In this document: positions 39,288 to 48,007 of the stretch, piece after piece
Numbering within the stretch: position 1 is the first letter of the stretch
How the letters are laid out: each line of letters opens with the position of its first letter
Origin: a virus
Lineage: Duplodnaviria; Caudoviricetes
Virus record (IMG/VR): IMGVR_UViG_3300035419_000202
Span: 17,596 to 81,595 of that record
DNA length: 64,000 nucleotides
Strand: one strand, 5' to 3'
The notes under the pieces: model-generated
Seen by the model: only the letters and a program-made list of their open reading frames with translations
Databases searched by the model: none
Told to the model about the DNA's origin: nothing
Translations under genes and position numbers: made by a program

Positions 39288-40050
39288 TGTATGTAATATG
39301 AGTTTTGCTTTTTAATAATCTATCTACAGCATCATTTGATGGATCAGAGTGTAACAATATCCATTCATCATCGCCGTGGTTTACAGGAGCATGTACATTG
39401 CTAACATTAACTAGATAAACTTCACCGGGCTTAGGATTATAACTTGCACGTTCGTATTGCCAAGTGTCAGCAGGTGTTTCCCCTAACTGTGAAAAGAAAT
39501 GCCATGATGAATCCTTATTAGTTTCTAAATTAACATGTAACCTAATCATATGCTCTGACATATCTTCACCGTCGTGATCTCGATGAGGACCTATACCTGC
39601 TTCAGTGCCGCAATTCATAGCTCTACCCCAGGTCCATGCATCTTGTCCTAAGGTTTCAACCATATTTTTATATGCACCAAAATAATATTGATCTAAATGA
39701 TTGTTCATTCCACTTTCCCAAGTAGAAACTTCTAATTCAGGAAACTTTTCTTTATCACAAAACATTGGTCCTGGTATAGGATCTGTTCTTTGTACAGGCC
39801 ATTGTAAAGTCCAATAACCAGCATCCCCTACACAGATGCCGTTCATTCTAGGGTTTTCTAAGAAATGTGATTGGAATAAATCTTTCATAGAAAACAAAAA
39901 TAGACTTTCGGGAGAAGTAGTTTTTACAGTTTCAAACCATTCTAGTAAAGGTTTAGGATCTACAGTAACATTTAACTTTACCATATCCCAGTCTAAGTTT
40001 CTTAAATCTTCTCTAGTATAGTTTTGTGGATCTGTAATTATTTTGGTCAT
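39280..40050 (-). CDS. Asp/Asn beta-hydroxylase-like 2OG-Fe(II) oxygenase
   Basis: PHRD...RLHVNL...VHAPVN; WTLQWP..R.DP.P shared with 32529 and 33271. Confidence 0.8.
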   Translation of the reverse strand: MTKIITDPQNYTREDLRNLDWDMVKLNVTVDPKPLLEWFETVKTTSPESLFLFSMKDLFQSHFLENPRMNGICVGDAGYWTLQWPVQRTDPIPGPMFCDKEKFPELEVSTWESGMNNHLDQYYFGAYKNMVETLGQDAWTWGRAMNCGTEAGIGPHRDHDGEDMSEHMIRLHVNLETNKDSSWHFFSQLGETPADTWQYERASYNPKPGEVYLVNVSNVHAPVNHGDDEWILLHSDPSNDAVDRLLKSKTHITYND

Positions 40051-40052
40051 AA

Positions 40053-40095
40053 AAAAACTCCTTCTGTAGTATTTAACCTACATTTAGGAGTTTTT
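40053..40095 (-). promoter_or_regulatory. SD-sequestering hairpin / possible terminator with a late promoter in the loop
   Basis: AAAAACTCCT (40053-62) pairs with AGGAGTTTTT (40086-95); inner TGTAG/CTACA stem; loop reads GTTAAATA on -. Confidence 0.7.
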
Positions 40096-40107
40096 AAAGT
40101 AATGTGA

Positions 40108-41190
40108 TTAGTTTAAGTCTACCCAAGCACTGCCTGTGTAGCCTTGGAATTTAGTGTTTGTAGTATTAAAAATTATCATTCCTGCCGCTGGTGCTGTAAC
40201 AGCTGCATCACGTGCTGCATCGTCTGCATATACACCTGGCTGTAATACTGGAGATTGGAATACACCAACATTATCTAATGTTGCTTTTTTAGCATCTGCT
40301 ACGTCTGGTCCATTAAGAACAGCAAATACTAATTTACCAAGTGCTAATGTACTTACACCATCACTTGCTTGAGCAAGCTCTGCTCTAATGTTACACGGAG
40401 CAAGCGGAACTTCATTTCCGCCCGGAATTGTTACTAAGCCACCAAAGTCAAGTCTTCCTAAGTTATCACCAGTTTGTAATACTGTTTGACTTTCGTATGT
40501 TCCGTTGTGGTTATAAAATCCTAAGTTTGCACCAGATCCTTCAGTTGTACCATTTTTACTAGCAACAGTTAAACCTGCAACGTTTGCATTAGATACTACT
40601 GTAATACCTGTTTGTGATGTTAAATCATCATCTCTTGTATCAAACGTAGCATTTAGTGTAGTGTCAATTGCACCTTTAAATTTACCATCAGTGCCATCAA
40701 TAACTAGTGAAGAGTCATCTGCATATACACTACCTGATACATCACCTGAAATGTTAATGTCATAAGTAGCACCTGTAACTAATCCACCTGATGAATCGTT
40801 TGCTGGAACAAATGATGCACCGTCCCATTTTAATACTTGTCCTACAACAGGAGCATTAGATGCTAAGTCTACATCTTGTAATGAGTTAAGTGATTTGTTT
40901 GATAGTACAGTTGGATCGCCTGGTTCAAATTCGCCGTTGCCAGCATTCCATACTAAACCTTGTCCGCCTGTAGGTGGTGTAGTTGTAATATCTACATCGT
41001 TTAAATCGTCTACGCTTAAAGAGGAGTTAGCAACGTCAACAGCAATACCACCTGCAGTAGACCCATCGCCTACAAAAAGTTTTTTAGTATCTGTTGTATA
41101 TATTAATTCGCCTTCGGCTGGCACCGGCAAAGAAACACCATCGAGTGTTTGTCTTTGTGCATCTGTGCCTCTTCTTAATCGCAATGCCAT
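40108..41190 (-). CDS. Tail-fibre-like virion protein with Mtd_N-type N-terminus
   Basis: MALRLRRGT...GELIYTTDTKKLFVGDG; two L.DL.DV...GQ.L.W repeats; C-terminal GMIIFN...FQGY....W..L. Confidence 0.7.
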   Translation of the reverse strand: MALRLRRGTDAQRQTLDGVSLPVPAEGELIYTTDTKKLFVGDGSTAGGIAVDVANSSLSVDDLNDVDITTTPPTGGQGLVWNAGNGEFEPGDPTVLSNKSLNSLQDVDLASNAPVVGQVLKWDGASFVPANDSSGGLVTGATYDINISGDVSGSVYADDSSLVIDGTDGKFKGAIDTTLNATFDTRDDDLTSQTGITVVSNANVAGLTVASKNGTTEGSGANLGFYNHNGTYESQTVLQTGDNLGRLDFGGLVTIPGGNEVPLAPCNIRAELAQASDGVSTLALGKLVFAVLNGPDVADAKKATLDNVGVFQSPVLQPGVYADDAARDAAVTAPAAGMIIFNTTNTKFQGYTGSAWVDLN

Positions 41191-41224
41191 TTGTAATAAC
41201 TCCTAATATTTTAGTTCTTATATA

Positions 41225-41232
41225 TATTTATC
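41225..41232 (-). promoter_or_regulatory. Late-promoter-like GATAAATA
   Basis: TAAATA core 34 nt upstream of the fibre gene start. Confidence 0.55.
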
Positions 41233-41241
41233 ATAAAAGAG

Positions 41242-41562
41242 TTATTTTCTTTTCTTCATAAATATCTTTGTTCGCTTGGTAATATCCTTTTTTACACGCT
41301 CTATATCCACTACAAAGTTAACACTTTGCAATACATCTTCGTATTCTTGCATAAGATCTTCCATGCTTTGTTCGAACGCTTCGGAGTTTTCACCCATTGG
41401 CATTTTAGGATCGTTTTCTATAACCCATATTTTGCCGTCGGTAAATGTAACTTCAACGGCCTTAATGTATTCAGTAGGAACAACTTTTATGTCGATATTA
41501 CCGAGTACTTCAGGCCATTTGTCAATAACTTGTTTGCTGAGCTTATTCTTTTTCTTAGGCAC
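41242..41562 (-). CDS. Hypothetical protein, 106 aa
   Basis: ORF in the co-directional run, overlapping its neighbour. Confidence 0.6.
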   Translation of the reverse strand: MPKKKNKLSKQVIDKWPEVLGNIDIKVVPTEYIKAVEVTFTDGKIWVIENDPKMPMGENSEAFEQSMEDLMQEYEDVLQSVNFVVDIERVKKDITKRTKIFMKKRK

Positions 41563-42154
41563 TTTGGGCGGACTTCTTACTACTTTTCTTAGTAGGTACT
41601 AGATCTTCCGCCTGTTCTCTTAAACGCTTTGCTTCTTTAAATAAAGAATCTGCTTGAGAACGGTATTGTGCTGCTAAGTCTTCATCGCTTAAAACATCGT
41701 TAGATGTTGGAGCAACTGGTGCTTCTGCAATCACAGGTTGAGTTTCTTCAGACGTTTTAGCATTATTACTTGACTGAGGTTGTAGAGCTAAGTCTTCTAC
41801 TGTAACACCTTTTTGTGTTGCAATAGCATCATTTAGTTCTGACAATACAACAGTGTTTTGCATGTCTGGAGTCATTTCAATTGTATTAGTTGGCATCTTT
41901 GCAAACTTACCAGTAGCGGCAAATGCTCTAAGCATATTTCTACCATCTGGTAATACAGCTCTGTCCATTGCTTCTGCAAGTTCATATGCTGTTTGTCCTG
42001 CATTAGATTCAACTAATTGCATTAATGAGTCGTGTGCGTCTGATTCAAGACTGTCAGTGAATACAACCAAACACTGGTCTGCTTCTTTAGGTACAACTCT
42101 GTACGCTACAACGCAACGTCTTTTTGGATTTATTTGTCTTCCAATATGTTTCAT
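41555..42154 (-). CDS. Hypothetical protein, 199 aa
   Basis: GGAG RBS; coiled-coil C-terminus. Confidence 0.7.
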   Translation of the reverse strand: MKHIGRQINPKRRCVVAYRVVPKEADQCLVVFTDSLESDAHDSLMQLVESNAGQTAYELAEAMDRAVLPDGRNMLRAFAATGKFAKMPTNTIEMTPDMQNTVVLSELNDAIATQKGVTVEDLALQPQSSNNAKTSEETQPVIAEAPVAPTSNDVLSDEDLAAQYRSQADSLFKEAKRLREQAEDLVPTKKSSKKSAQSA

Positions 42155-42155
42155 A

Positions 42156-42404
42156 TTATTCTCCTGCTGGAGCCTCTTGTGCTTCCGCTTGTGCTTCTTG
42201 TTGTGCTTGTACAGCGTTTAAGAATGCTTCTAGTTTACTATACACCGTGCCAACAGTAGTCATTTCGTTAGGCTTAAAAGCGCCACGAGTTGATGCAACA
42301 TCAATAATTGACTTCATTGCTGTTAGATCTTGTACAGTAAGATCTGGAGCAGGTGCTTGTTCAGTAGCAGGTTGTTGTGCTTCTGTTTTGTTTTCGTCGC
42401 TCAT
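42156..42404 (-). CDS. Hypothetical protein, 82 aa
   Basis: AGGAG RBS. Confidence 0.65.
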   Translation of the reverse strand: MSDENKTEAQQPATEQAPAPDLTVQDLTAMKSIIDVASTRGAFKPNEMTTVGTVYSKLEAFLNAVQAQQEAQAEAQEAPAGE

Positions 42405-42444
42405 AATTTATAATCTCCTATATTAATATATATGCGTACTTTAT

Positions 42445-42732
42445 TTATTTGTACTTCAAATGTGGACATGCCAACATGAAATAACTTGCTTCTTTTGGAT
42501 CTTCAAAACCTACTTTAATATTACTTTGTCCAAGGCCACGATGTTTTTCTCGTGACACATGGTATCTATTTTTTAAGTTTTCGAATATCCACTTTTCAAT
42601 ACTACTTTCCATATTGTAAGAAATGGGTACGCTAACAACTTCAAAATGCCTAGGCAAATATTGAGTGCTGCGTACCCCAAAGTAGTTTAAAGGGTTAGGC
42701 TGTTTGAGCTTCATAGTGAGCTGTAACTCCAA
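42445..42732 (-). CDS. Hypothetical protein (start possibly MKLKQ)
   Basis: ORF in the co-directional run. Confidence 0.55.
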   Translation of the reverse strand: MELQLTMKLKQPNPLNYFGVRSTQYLPRHFEVVSVPISYNMESSIEKWIFENLKNRYHVSREKHRGLGQSNIKVGFEDPKEASYFMLACPHLKYK

Positions 42733-44002
42733 ATGGGGCTAGTAGTTCTTTATTATGATTACTGTGAATAATAAACACTGTATCACAGTAGTCGGGATCT
42801 CCCCAGCTATCCCAAGCATAACCGTCAGTAAACATTAAAAACTTTTTAGGCGTAATGCCTTGGTCTTTCATGTATGTCCAGTTACACATAAAGTCAGTAC
42901 CACCACCACCTAAGATTTCATATGACATCAAATCTTGGCCTTCTGCGGCAGTAAAGTCTTCCTCATTATAAACATTAGTATCAAAGCACCACAACTTAAT
43001 AGCATAGTCTTTGTACTCGTCCATAATACCTTTTACTTCACCTAAAAAGTCTTCAGCTTGCTGATTACCAATTGAACCACTCATGTCAATTGCAATACAC
43101 AAGTCAATTGTATCCATAAAGTTCATACCAGGCAGTATAGCACCGGTGTGCCAACCTTTACGTGAAGGACGACTAAACGTATAGTCGCTTTTAATTGTTG
43201 ATTGAATTTGCTGACGAAGCAGGTCACGCCAGTTGATTTTAGGCTCTGTAAGCTCTTTGATCATACGTTCGACACCTTTAGGAACATTGCCAGCACCTGC
43301 ACTCTGTGCGGCTGTTACCATGTTCTCTTTTATTTCGTCACGTATCTTTTTAAGTTCTTCTTTGCTGTAAGTAGGCTTCTTTCCTTCTTTACCTTTGCCA
43401 TCGTCTTTGCCGTCCTTGCCAGATGAACCGCCTTCATCGCCGTCACCGTCAGTCCAGTCAATATGTTCGTCTAGCAATTCACCTAATGCATTAAGTTGAT
43501 CTTCGTCATACTTTTCAAACAAGTCATCATAAACTTCTTCTGAAGTCCAGTCTTCATATTTAAAGTCTTGGTAACAGTCTACAATCTTAGGCTTAGTACC
43601 AATGCTGTCTCTTACAAGAATGTTGTTTACAATGTAGTCTTGTGCAATGTTAGACAGCATAGCATCTAAGTTTCGGTCTTGCCAAGTTCTACGTTCTAAG
43701 TGATCAAATACACAGTGTAAAATTTCGTGTGCAATAACAAACTCAATTTCTTTATTGTCCATTGCATTAAAGAACTGAGTGTTAAAAAATAAGTTTCTGC
43801 CATCTACGGCTGCTGTAGGACACCAGTCGTCTGCGGCTTGAATTTTAAGGCGTGTTGCCATATTACCAAAGAAAGGGTGCTTAAGAAGAAGTCCTACTCG
43901 TGCAACAATAATGCGATCAAGTACTTCTTCACGCATTACTTTAAGTTCGGATTCAGTAATATCTGGATTAGGTGCCCAGTTCTTTTTACCTTCTACGCTC
44001 AT
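42695..44002 (-). CDS. Putative metallopeptidase plus VWA domain protein (DUF2201-like)
   Basis: TAAVDG, AHEILH (HExxH), acidic/Gly linker, IDMSGSI MIDAS, GGGGTDF, FTDGY. Confidence 0.85.
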   Translation of the reverse strand: MSVEGKKNWAPNPDITESELKVMREEVLDRIIVARVGLLLKHPFFGNMATRLKIQAADDWCPTAAVDGRNLFFNTQFFNAMDNKEIEFVIAHEILHCVFDHLERRTWQDRNLDAMLSNIAQDYIVNNILVRDSIGTKPKIVDCYQDFKYEDWTSEEVYDDLFEKYDEDQLNALGELLDEHIDWTDGDGDEGGSSGKDGKDDGKGKEGKKPTYSKEELKKIRDEIKENMVTAAQSAGAGNVPKGVERMIKELTEPKINWRDLLRQQIQSTIKSDYTFSRPSRKGWHTGAILPGMNFMDTIDLCIAIDMSGSIGNQQAEDFLGEVKGIMDEYKDYAIKLWCFDTNVYNEEDFTAAEGQDLMSYEILGGGGTDFMCNWTYMKDQGITPKKFLMFTDGYAWDSWGDPDYCDTVFIIHSNHNKELLAPFGVTAHYEAQTA

Positions 44003-44032
44003 GTGCTATGTCCTTTCTAAGTTTATATATGT

Positions 44033-44061
44033 ATTATACAAGTATTTACTGAGTTTGTCAA
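44033..44061 (-). promoter_or_regulatory. sigma70-type promoter with embedded TAAATA
   Basis: TTGACA - 17 nt (aactcagTAAATActtg) - TATAAT. Confidence 0.8.
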
Positions 44062-44072
44062 CCATAAAAGGT

Positions 44073-44100
44073 GAAAGGGCGAGTATTAACCCGCCCTTTC
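44073..44100 (-). terminator. Hairpin after the AAA ATPase gene
   Basis: GAAAGGGCG/CGCCCTTTC perfect 9-bp inverted repeat 5 nt after the stop, followed by a short T-run. Confidence 0.6.
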
Positions 44101-44105
44101 TATTC

Positions 44106-45194
44106 TTATGAACCCTGTGCAGCCTTAATATACTTGCCATAACGTTCATGGAATTCATCAAAGCATTCCACAGCGTCCGGATCAATGGGCAATGAGTACT
44201 GAGTAAGTGCGAGCTTAATGCCCATTACAACTAATTCAGTATCAAAGTTATCCATCGAAAATCGCAGGAAGTTGTTAACTTTATTATCAAAGTCTTTGTC
44301 GTTCTTGTTATCAGCTTCTTGCAGCTCATAACACAATGACACAGTGAGGGAATACATAGCACTGATTTCTTTACTGGCCATCTCCTTGACTTTTCCTGCT
44401 AAGATATCACTTGGATTAGGCATCTGAGACGCAACTTTACGATGCGCCATAAACTTGACAGCCAAGCCTTCTCCAACTGATCCACTAACTAAGTCTGTAG
44501 TAGTGGTTTCGTCTAGATCGTCTTCGAGCAATTCACTCACAAACGACCATGAACGAGGTGTTGCAAATGATCGGCTTGCACTTCTTGGATCGAAGTCATA
44601 CAAGTCTTTCTTTGCAAATGTTAAGTAACCAACAACATCTTTGTGTTGATTGTTAGTAACAGCCCACTGGAACCAGTCATCAAATGACACAGTAAGTTCT
44701 AAGTGGATAAAACGGTTTGCTAACGGAGCAGGCATTCTATAAGTAACACCTTTGTCAGCTTCACGGTTACCAGCCGCAACAATTACCACATTGTCTGGCA
44801 ATTTGTATTGACCAACTCTACGATTAAGAATCAGCTGATATGCAGCCGCTTGTACAGCAGGCGCCGCTGAGTTCATTTCGTCTAAGAATAAAACGACATA
44901 GTCGTATTGTGATGCAAACTCTTCGGTAGGAAGTTCTGCAGGTGCGCCCCACACCATTGTACCTGAATTGCTATCAAAGTACGGAATACCTTTAATGTCT
45001 GTAGGTTCCCAAAGTGACAAACGAATGTCAATCAAATGTGAATTACCAAGGTCATTAGTAATTTGTCCTACAATCTCGGACTTACCAATACCTGGGGGAC
45101 CCCAAAGGAAGATAGGACGATTTTTGCGAATAGCATGATTAATGCTTGCTTTTGCGCCGTTGGGCGAAACTGTTCTTGTGATTACGTTTTCCAT
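44106..45194 (-). CDS. MoxR-like AAA+ ATPase
   Basis: GPPGIGKS Walker A, FLDE Walker B, AAGN, LANRF. Confidence 0.9.
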   Translation of the reverse strand: MENVITRTVSPNGAKASINHAIRKNRPIFLWGPPGIGKSEIVGQITNDLGNSHLIDIRLSLWEPTDIKGIPYFDSNSGTMVWGAPAELPTEEFASQYDYVVLFLDEMNSAAPAVQAAAYQLILNRRVGQYKLPDNVVIVAAGNREADKGVTYRMPAPLANRFIHLELTVSFDDWFQWAVTNNQHKDVVGYLTFAKKDLYDFDPRSASRSFATPRSWSFVSELLEDDLDETTTTDLVSGSVGEGLAVKFMAHRKVASQMPNPSDILAGKVKEMASKEISAMYSLTVSLCYELQEADNKNDKDFDNKVNNFLRFSMDNFDTELVVMGIKLALTQYSLPIDPDAVECFDEFHERYGKYIKAAQGS

Positions 45195-45241
45195 ATTGTA
45201 TTACCTCTAGTTATCAGTGCGAATTTCTAACTTATGTATAT

Positions 45242-45270
45242 ATAATACTACCAATAGAGAGTAAAGTCAA
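45242..45270 (-). promoter_or_regulatory. sigma70-type promoter
   Basis: TTGACT - 17 nt - TATTAT upstream of the ATPase. Confidence 0.7.
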
Positions 45271-45292
45271 CCTTTTTCTGCAGTTTTTTTAA

Positions 45293-45682
45293 TTATTTTT
45301 CGTCTTTATTTTGGCGGGCAAGTGCTTTAGCAAGTCCGTACTTGCGAAGATCACCGGAGAAAAGAGACAGTTCGACTGCCTTCTTTTGGTGTGTTACTTG
45401 TATAGATCTTGGTCCTATGTAGTACGGACAGTCGATAAACTTGTCTAAAAATATAATAACTTGAGTAGTCATGGGCATATCGTGTGGATAAGGAACATCG
45501 TATGTTGCCACTTCTGCTTGTGTAAGTGCATCTAAACCTGCATCTGTAAGTCTAAGTCCACCAGCATCCTTGCTACGTGTATTATGCCACCACAACGGCA
45601 TATGCTCCTTAACAGACAAGTCGTTAAAACTTTTGCCTAGTTCTTTTAGGAATAACTTTGTGTAGGTTTCTTTCCAGTTCAT
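45293..45682 (-). CDS. Hypothetical protein, 129 aa
   Basis: ATGA-coupled to the upstream ORF. Confidence 0.65.
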   Translation of the reverse strand: MNWKETYTKLFLKELGKSFNDLSVKEHMPLWWHNTRSKDAGGLRLTDAGLDALTQAEVATYDVPYPHDMPMTTQVIIFLDKFIDCPYYIGPRSIQVTHQKKAVELSLFSGDLRKYGLAKALARQNKDEK

Positions 45683-45966
45683 TCGGTTACAATTTCGCCA
45701 GATGACAACTTATATACTTTGAAGTCTTCACAGGAAAACAGTTCGTTAAGTTTCTGTGCTAAATTGTGTGCATGCCCTGGATTAGAAAAACTTGTTTTCT
45801 TATATTTTGGTCCAGGATAATTTGTTAAAGCATTTGAACTTTTTAAATTGAATGGTTTTTCTTTATAGAATACAGCCCAGATAGCATCAGCATCTAGGAC
45901 TTGCTCACATCTATAATTCTTTTTGTTTACATGTTCTAATAGAACATTTGGTTTGGGTCTGCTCAT
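45679..45966 (-). CDS. Hypothetical protein, 95 aa
   Basis: Preceded by GATAAATA at 45995-46002 (late-promoter-like). Confidence 0.65.
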   Translation of the reverse strand: MSRPKPNVLLEHVNKKNYRCEQVLDADAIWAVFYKEKPFNLKSSNALTNYPGPKYKKTSFSNPGHAHNLAQKLNELFSCEDFKVYKLSSGEIVTE

Positions 45967-46026
45967 ATATACGTACCTTAATTAACTACGTATATATTTA
46001 TCTCTTTTTACAGTTATCTACGTGCT

Positions 46027-46239
46027 TTATAGTTTTATAGCGAGTAATAAAAATATAGCGATTAAAACAATGTTTGTAAAGAAGATACCTATTGCTAGTA
46101 TAGTATGATACCAAATCCAACGAGTTTTATAAGCATTTTCTATTGTTAGTTCTGAAGGATCTACGTCATCCTTCATTACATCAATAACTATATGATTAGT
46201 TTCTTTTGGATTTGATTTCCAAAATGTATACCATGACAT
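46027..46239 (-). CDS. Small membrane protein
   Basis: C-terminal hydrophobic helix (ILAIGIFFTNIVLIAIFLLLAI). Confidence 0.6.
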   Translation of the reverse strand: MSWYTFWKSNPKETNHIVIDVMKDDVDPSELTIENAYKTRWIWYHTILAIGIFFTNIVLIAIFLLLAIKL

Positions 46240-46251
46240 AAATTATCCTAA

Positions 46252-46506
46252 TTATTTCCAGTCTGCTCCACCGTCTAATTGTACCTCCACAGGCTCATTA
46301 TCGATGTTTTGTACGTGTTCTTTTATGAATTGTTCCATGTCACCGTTTAGGCGAGACATAACCTCGCCTAGAGTAAATGCAAGACGTTTTGCATTCTCTA
46401 TATCAATTCTTACTTCTTTGGCTCTACTTGCGTCAGCACTCTTAACAGTTTGAATAAACTGTTGTATTGGAAAAGTGTTTATAGGATCAAGTTTTTTGGT
46501 TTGCAT
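46252..46506 (-). CDS. Hypothetical protein, 84 aa
   Basis: ORF in the co-directional run. Confidence 0.6.
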   Translation of the reverse strand: MQTKKLDPINTFPIQQFIQTVKSADASRAKEVRIDIENAKRLAFTLGEVMSRLNGDMEQFIKEHVQNIDNEPVEVQLDGGADWK

Positions 46507-46957
46507 TTGATAGTTCCTGACGCATAGTAAGATCGTTTTTAAAAGGACCTTTGTAATCGTAACGTTCTAATGTAATTAATTTAGGGCAAAAACTTTTGAC
46601 CCAGCCCTTATCAAAGTGAATAATATAAAATCCTGCACAATACAAACTCTTACTCTTAATACTTTTTGTAAACAAAGCAAACTTACGATGTACATCGTAA
46701 ATTACATTGTAAGGAGTAGTGCTAGTTGGAAAGCCATAAATTTCTTTTTCAGTCTCAATCTTTGTTGTTTCGTCTTTATCAAAGACTGTAAGGCCAAGTT
46801 CATTTTTTAATTGCTTTTTGTTTTCAAAGAATGCAACACCGTTGTTTGCTGAAAACATAAAACGTTCATCATTGAAACTTAAGGTGCCTAATTTTTCACC
46901 TTCTTCTTCAACAATCCAAAATTTGTCTTTTAATATTACTTTTGCTTTTATACTCAT
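46487..46957 (-). CDS. Hypothetical protein, 156 aa
   Basis: ATGA-coupled to the exonuclease gene. Confidence 0.65.
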   Translation of the reverse strand: MSIKAKVILKDKFWIVEEEGEKLGTLSFNDERFMFSANNGVAFFENKKQLKNELGLTVFDKDETTKIETEKEIYGFPTSTTPYNVIYDVHRKFALFTKSIKSKSLYCAGFYIIHFDKGWVKSFCPKLITLERYDYKGPFKNDLTMRQELSNANQKT

Positions 46958-47943
46958 TGTTGTTGATACCTCGCTTGCAACGGTTCAGCATAGTATTGTG
47001 CTTGGTCTGCAATACGTTGCATATCCCACTTAGCACAAAATTTCATAAGACGCATACCTACTTGCTGTACTTCTTTAGTAACAGCATTCTCTGCAATAGT
47101 AGCATCAATAATTTCTCTAATGTCTGCAGGTTGTGCTGTTAAGTCACACAGTACAACATTACGTGTATAGTCATCTAGTACACGATGTTCTACACCTTCA
47201 TGATCAGTCCAACGCTGTAACATCATATTATTCCAGTTATAGCCTTTGCTGTCTTTGTCTGCATACGCTTCAATAAGACCTACTTTGTTCTTAGTGCCTT
47301 TCTTACGTACACCTGGATATGCACTAAACACGTTATCACTAGTGTCACCTCGCATGCACTTTTCAAACAACATAAATTGTGGATCAGGTGCCGGCTTAGC
47401 CTCTTTAGTTTTCTTATCTATTACTTCTTTACCTTTGTCATCAAAGTAACCTTCATGTGTAATAGTAACGTTTTGTATGCCGTTATACTGACGTACATTA
47501 GGTGCAATAAGTTGTGCAAAGTCACCGTCAGTACTAATGATAACATGATCGTCATTAGGGTGTGCTTGTACCCAACCTGCAATAAGATCATCTGCTTCTA
47601 ATTGTTTATGACGCATAACTGTACAGTTAGTTTTGTTAGTTACAAAGTCTTTAAACTCGTCAAAGATTTCCCAAAACACTGTATCTTCTTCTTGTTGTGT
47701 AGGAGTCATTGCATCACGTGTTGCTTGCCTATTACGTTTGTAAGGCTCATAATAGTCCTTACGCCACGAACGGCCTTCTAAACAAAATACAACATGATCA
47801 GCGTTAAAGTCTTGCCATGCTTTCTTAATACTGTTAAGTGTAATATGAAGCGCCATACCAACCTTAGTGTCAAGGTCTCCACGTACTACGTGCCTTGCTC
47901 TAAAGAAGGTATTCGCTGTGTCTACTAATACATAAGTTGCCAT
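46954..47943 (-). CDS. rnh: 5'-3' exonuclease / T4 RNase H-like flap nuclease
   Basis: LVDTAN, LEADDLIA, IISTDGDFAQL, GDTSDNV (H3TH) acidic motifs. Confidence 0.9.
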   Translation of the reverse strand: MATYVLVDTANTFFRARHVVRGDLDTKVGMALHITLNSIKKAWQDFNADHVVFCLEGRSWRKDYYEPYKRNRQATRDAMTPTQQEEDTVFWEIFDEFKDFVTNKTNCTVMRHKQLEADDLIAGWVQAHPNDDHVIISTDGDFAQLIAPNVRQYNGIQNVTITHEGYFDDKGKEVIDKKTKEAKPAPDPQFMLFEKCMRGDTSDNVFSAYPGVRKKGTKNKVGLIEAYADKDSKGYNWNNMMLQRWTDHEGVEHRVLDDYTRNVVLCDLTAQPADIREIIDATIAENAVTKEVQQVGMRLMKFCAKWDMQRIADQAQYYAEPLQARYQQQ

Positions 47944-47975
47944 TGTGTTGCCTTTAGTAATTTAATAATAACTAT

Positions 47976-48004
47976 ATTGTACACTCATTTGTATACTATG
48001 TCAA
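47976..48004 (-). promoter_or_regulatory. sigma70-type promoter
   Basis: TTGACA - 17 nt - TACAAT upstream of the exonuclease. Confidence 0.75.
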
Positions 48005-48007
48005 GCA

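Noticed and set aside
7636-40050. RiPP precursor peptide for the SPASM-like rSAM enzymes
   Set aside because: Genes overlap end to end with no small leader/core-like ORF or RRE/PqqD domain recognised; a precursor outside the window cannot be excluded
40108-41190. Diversity-generating retroelement target, because of the Mtd_N-type N-terminus
   Set aside because: No reverse transcriptase and no TR/VR repeat pair in the window; Mtd_N-like starts are common in ordinary fibre proteins
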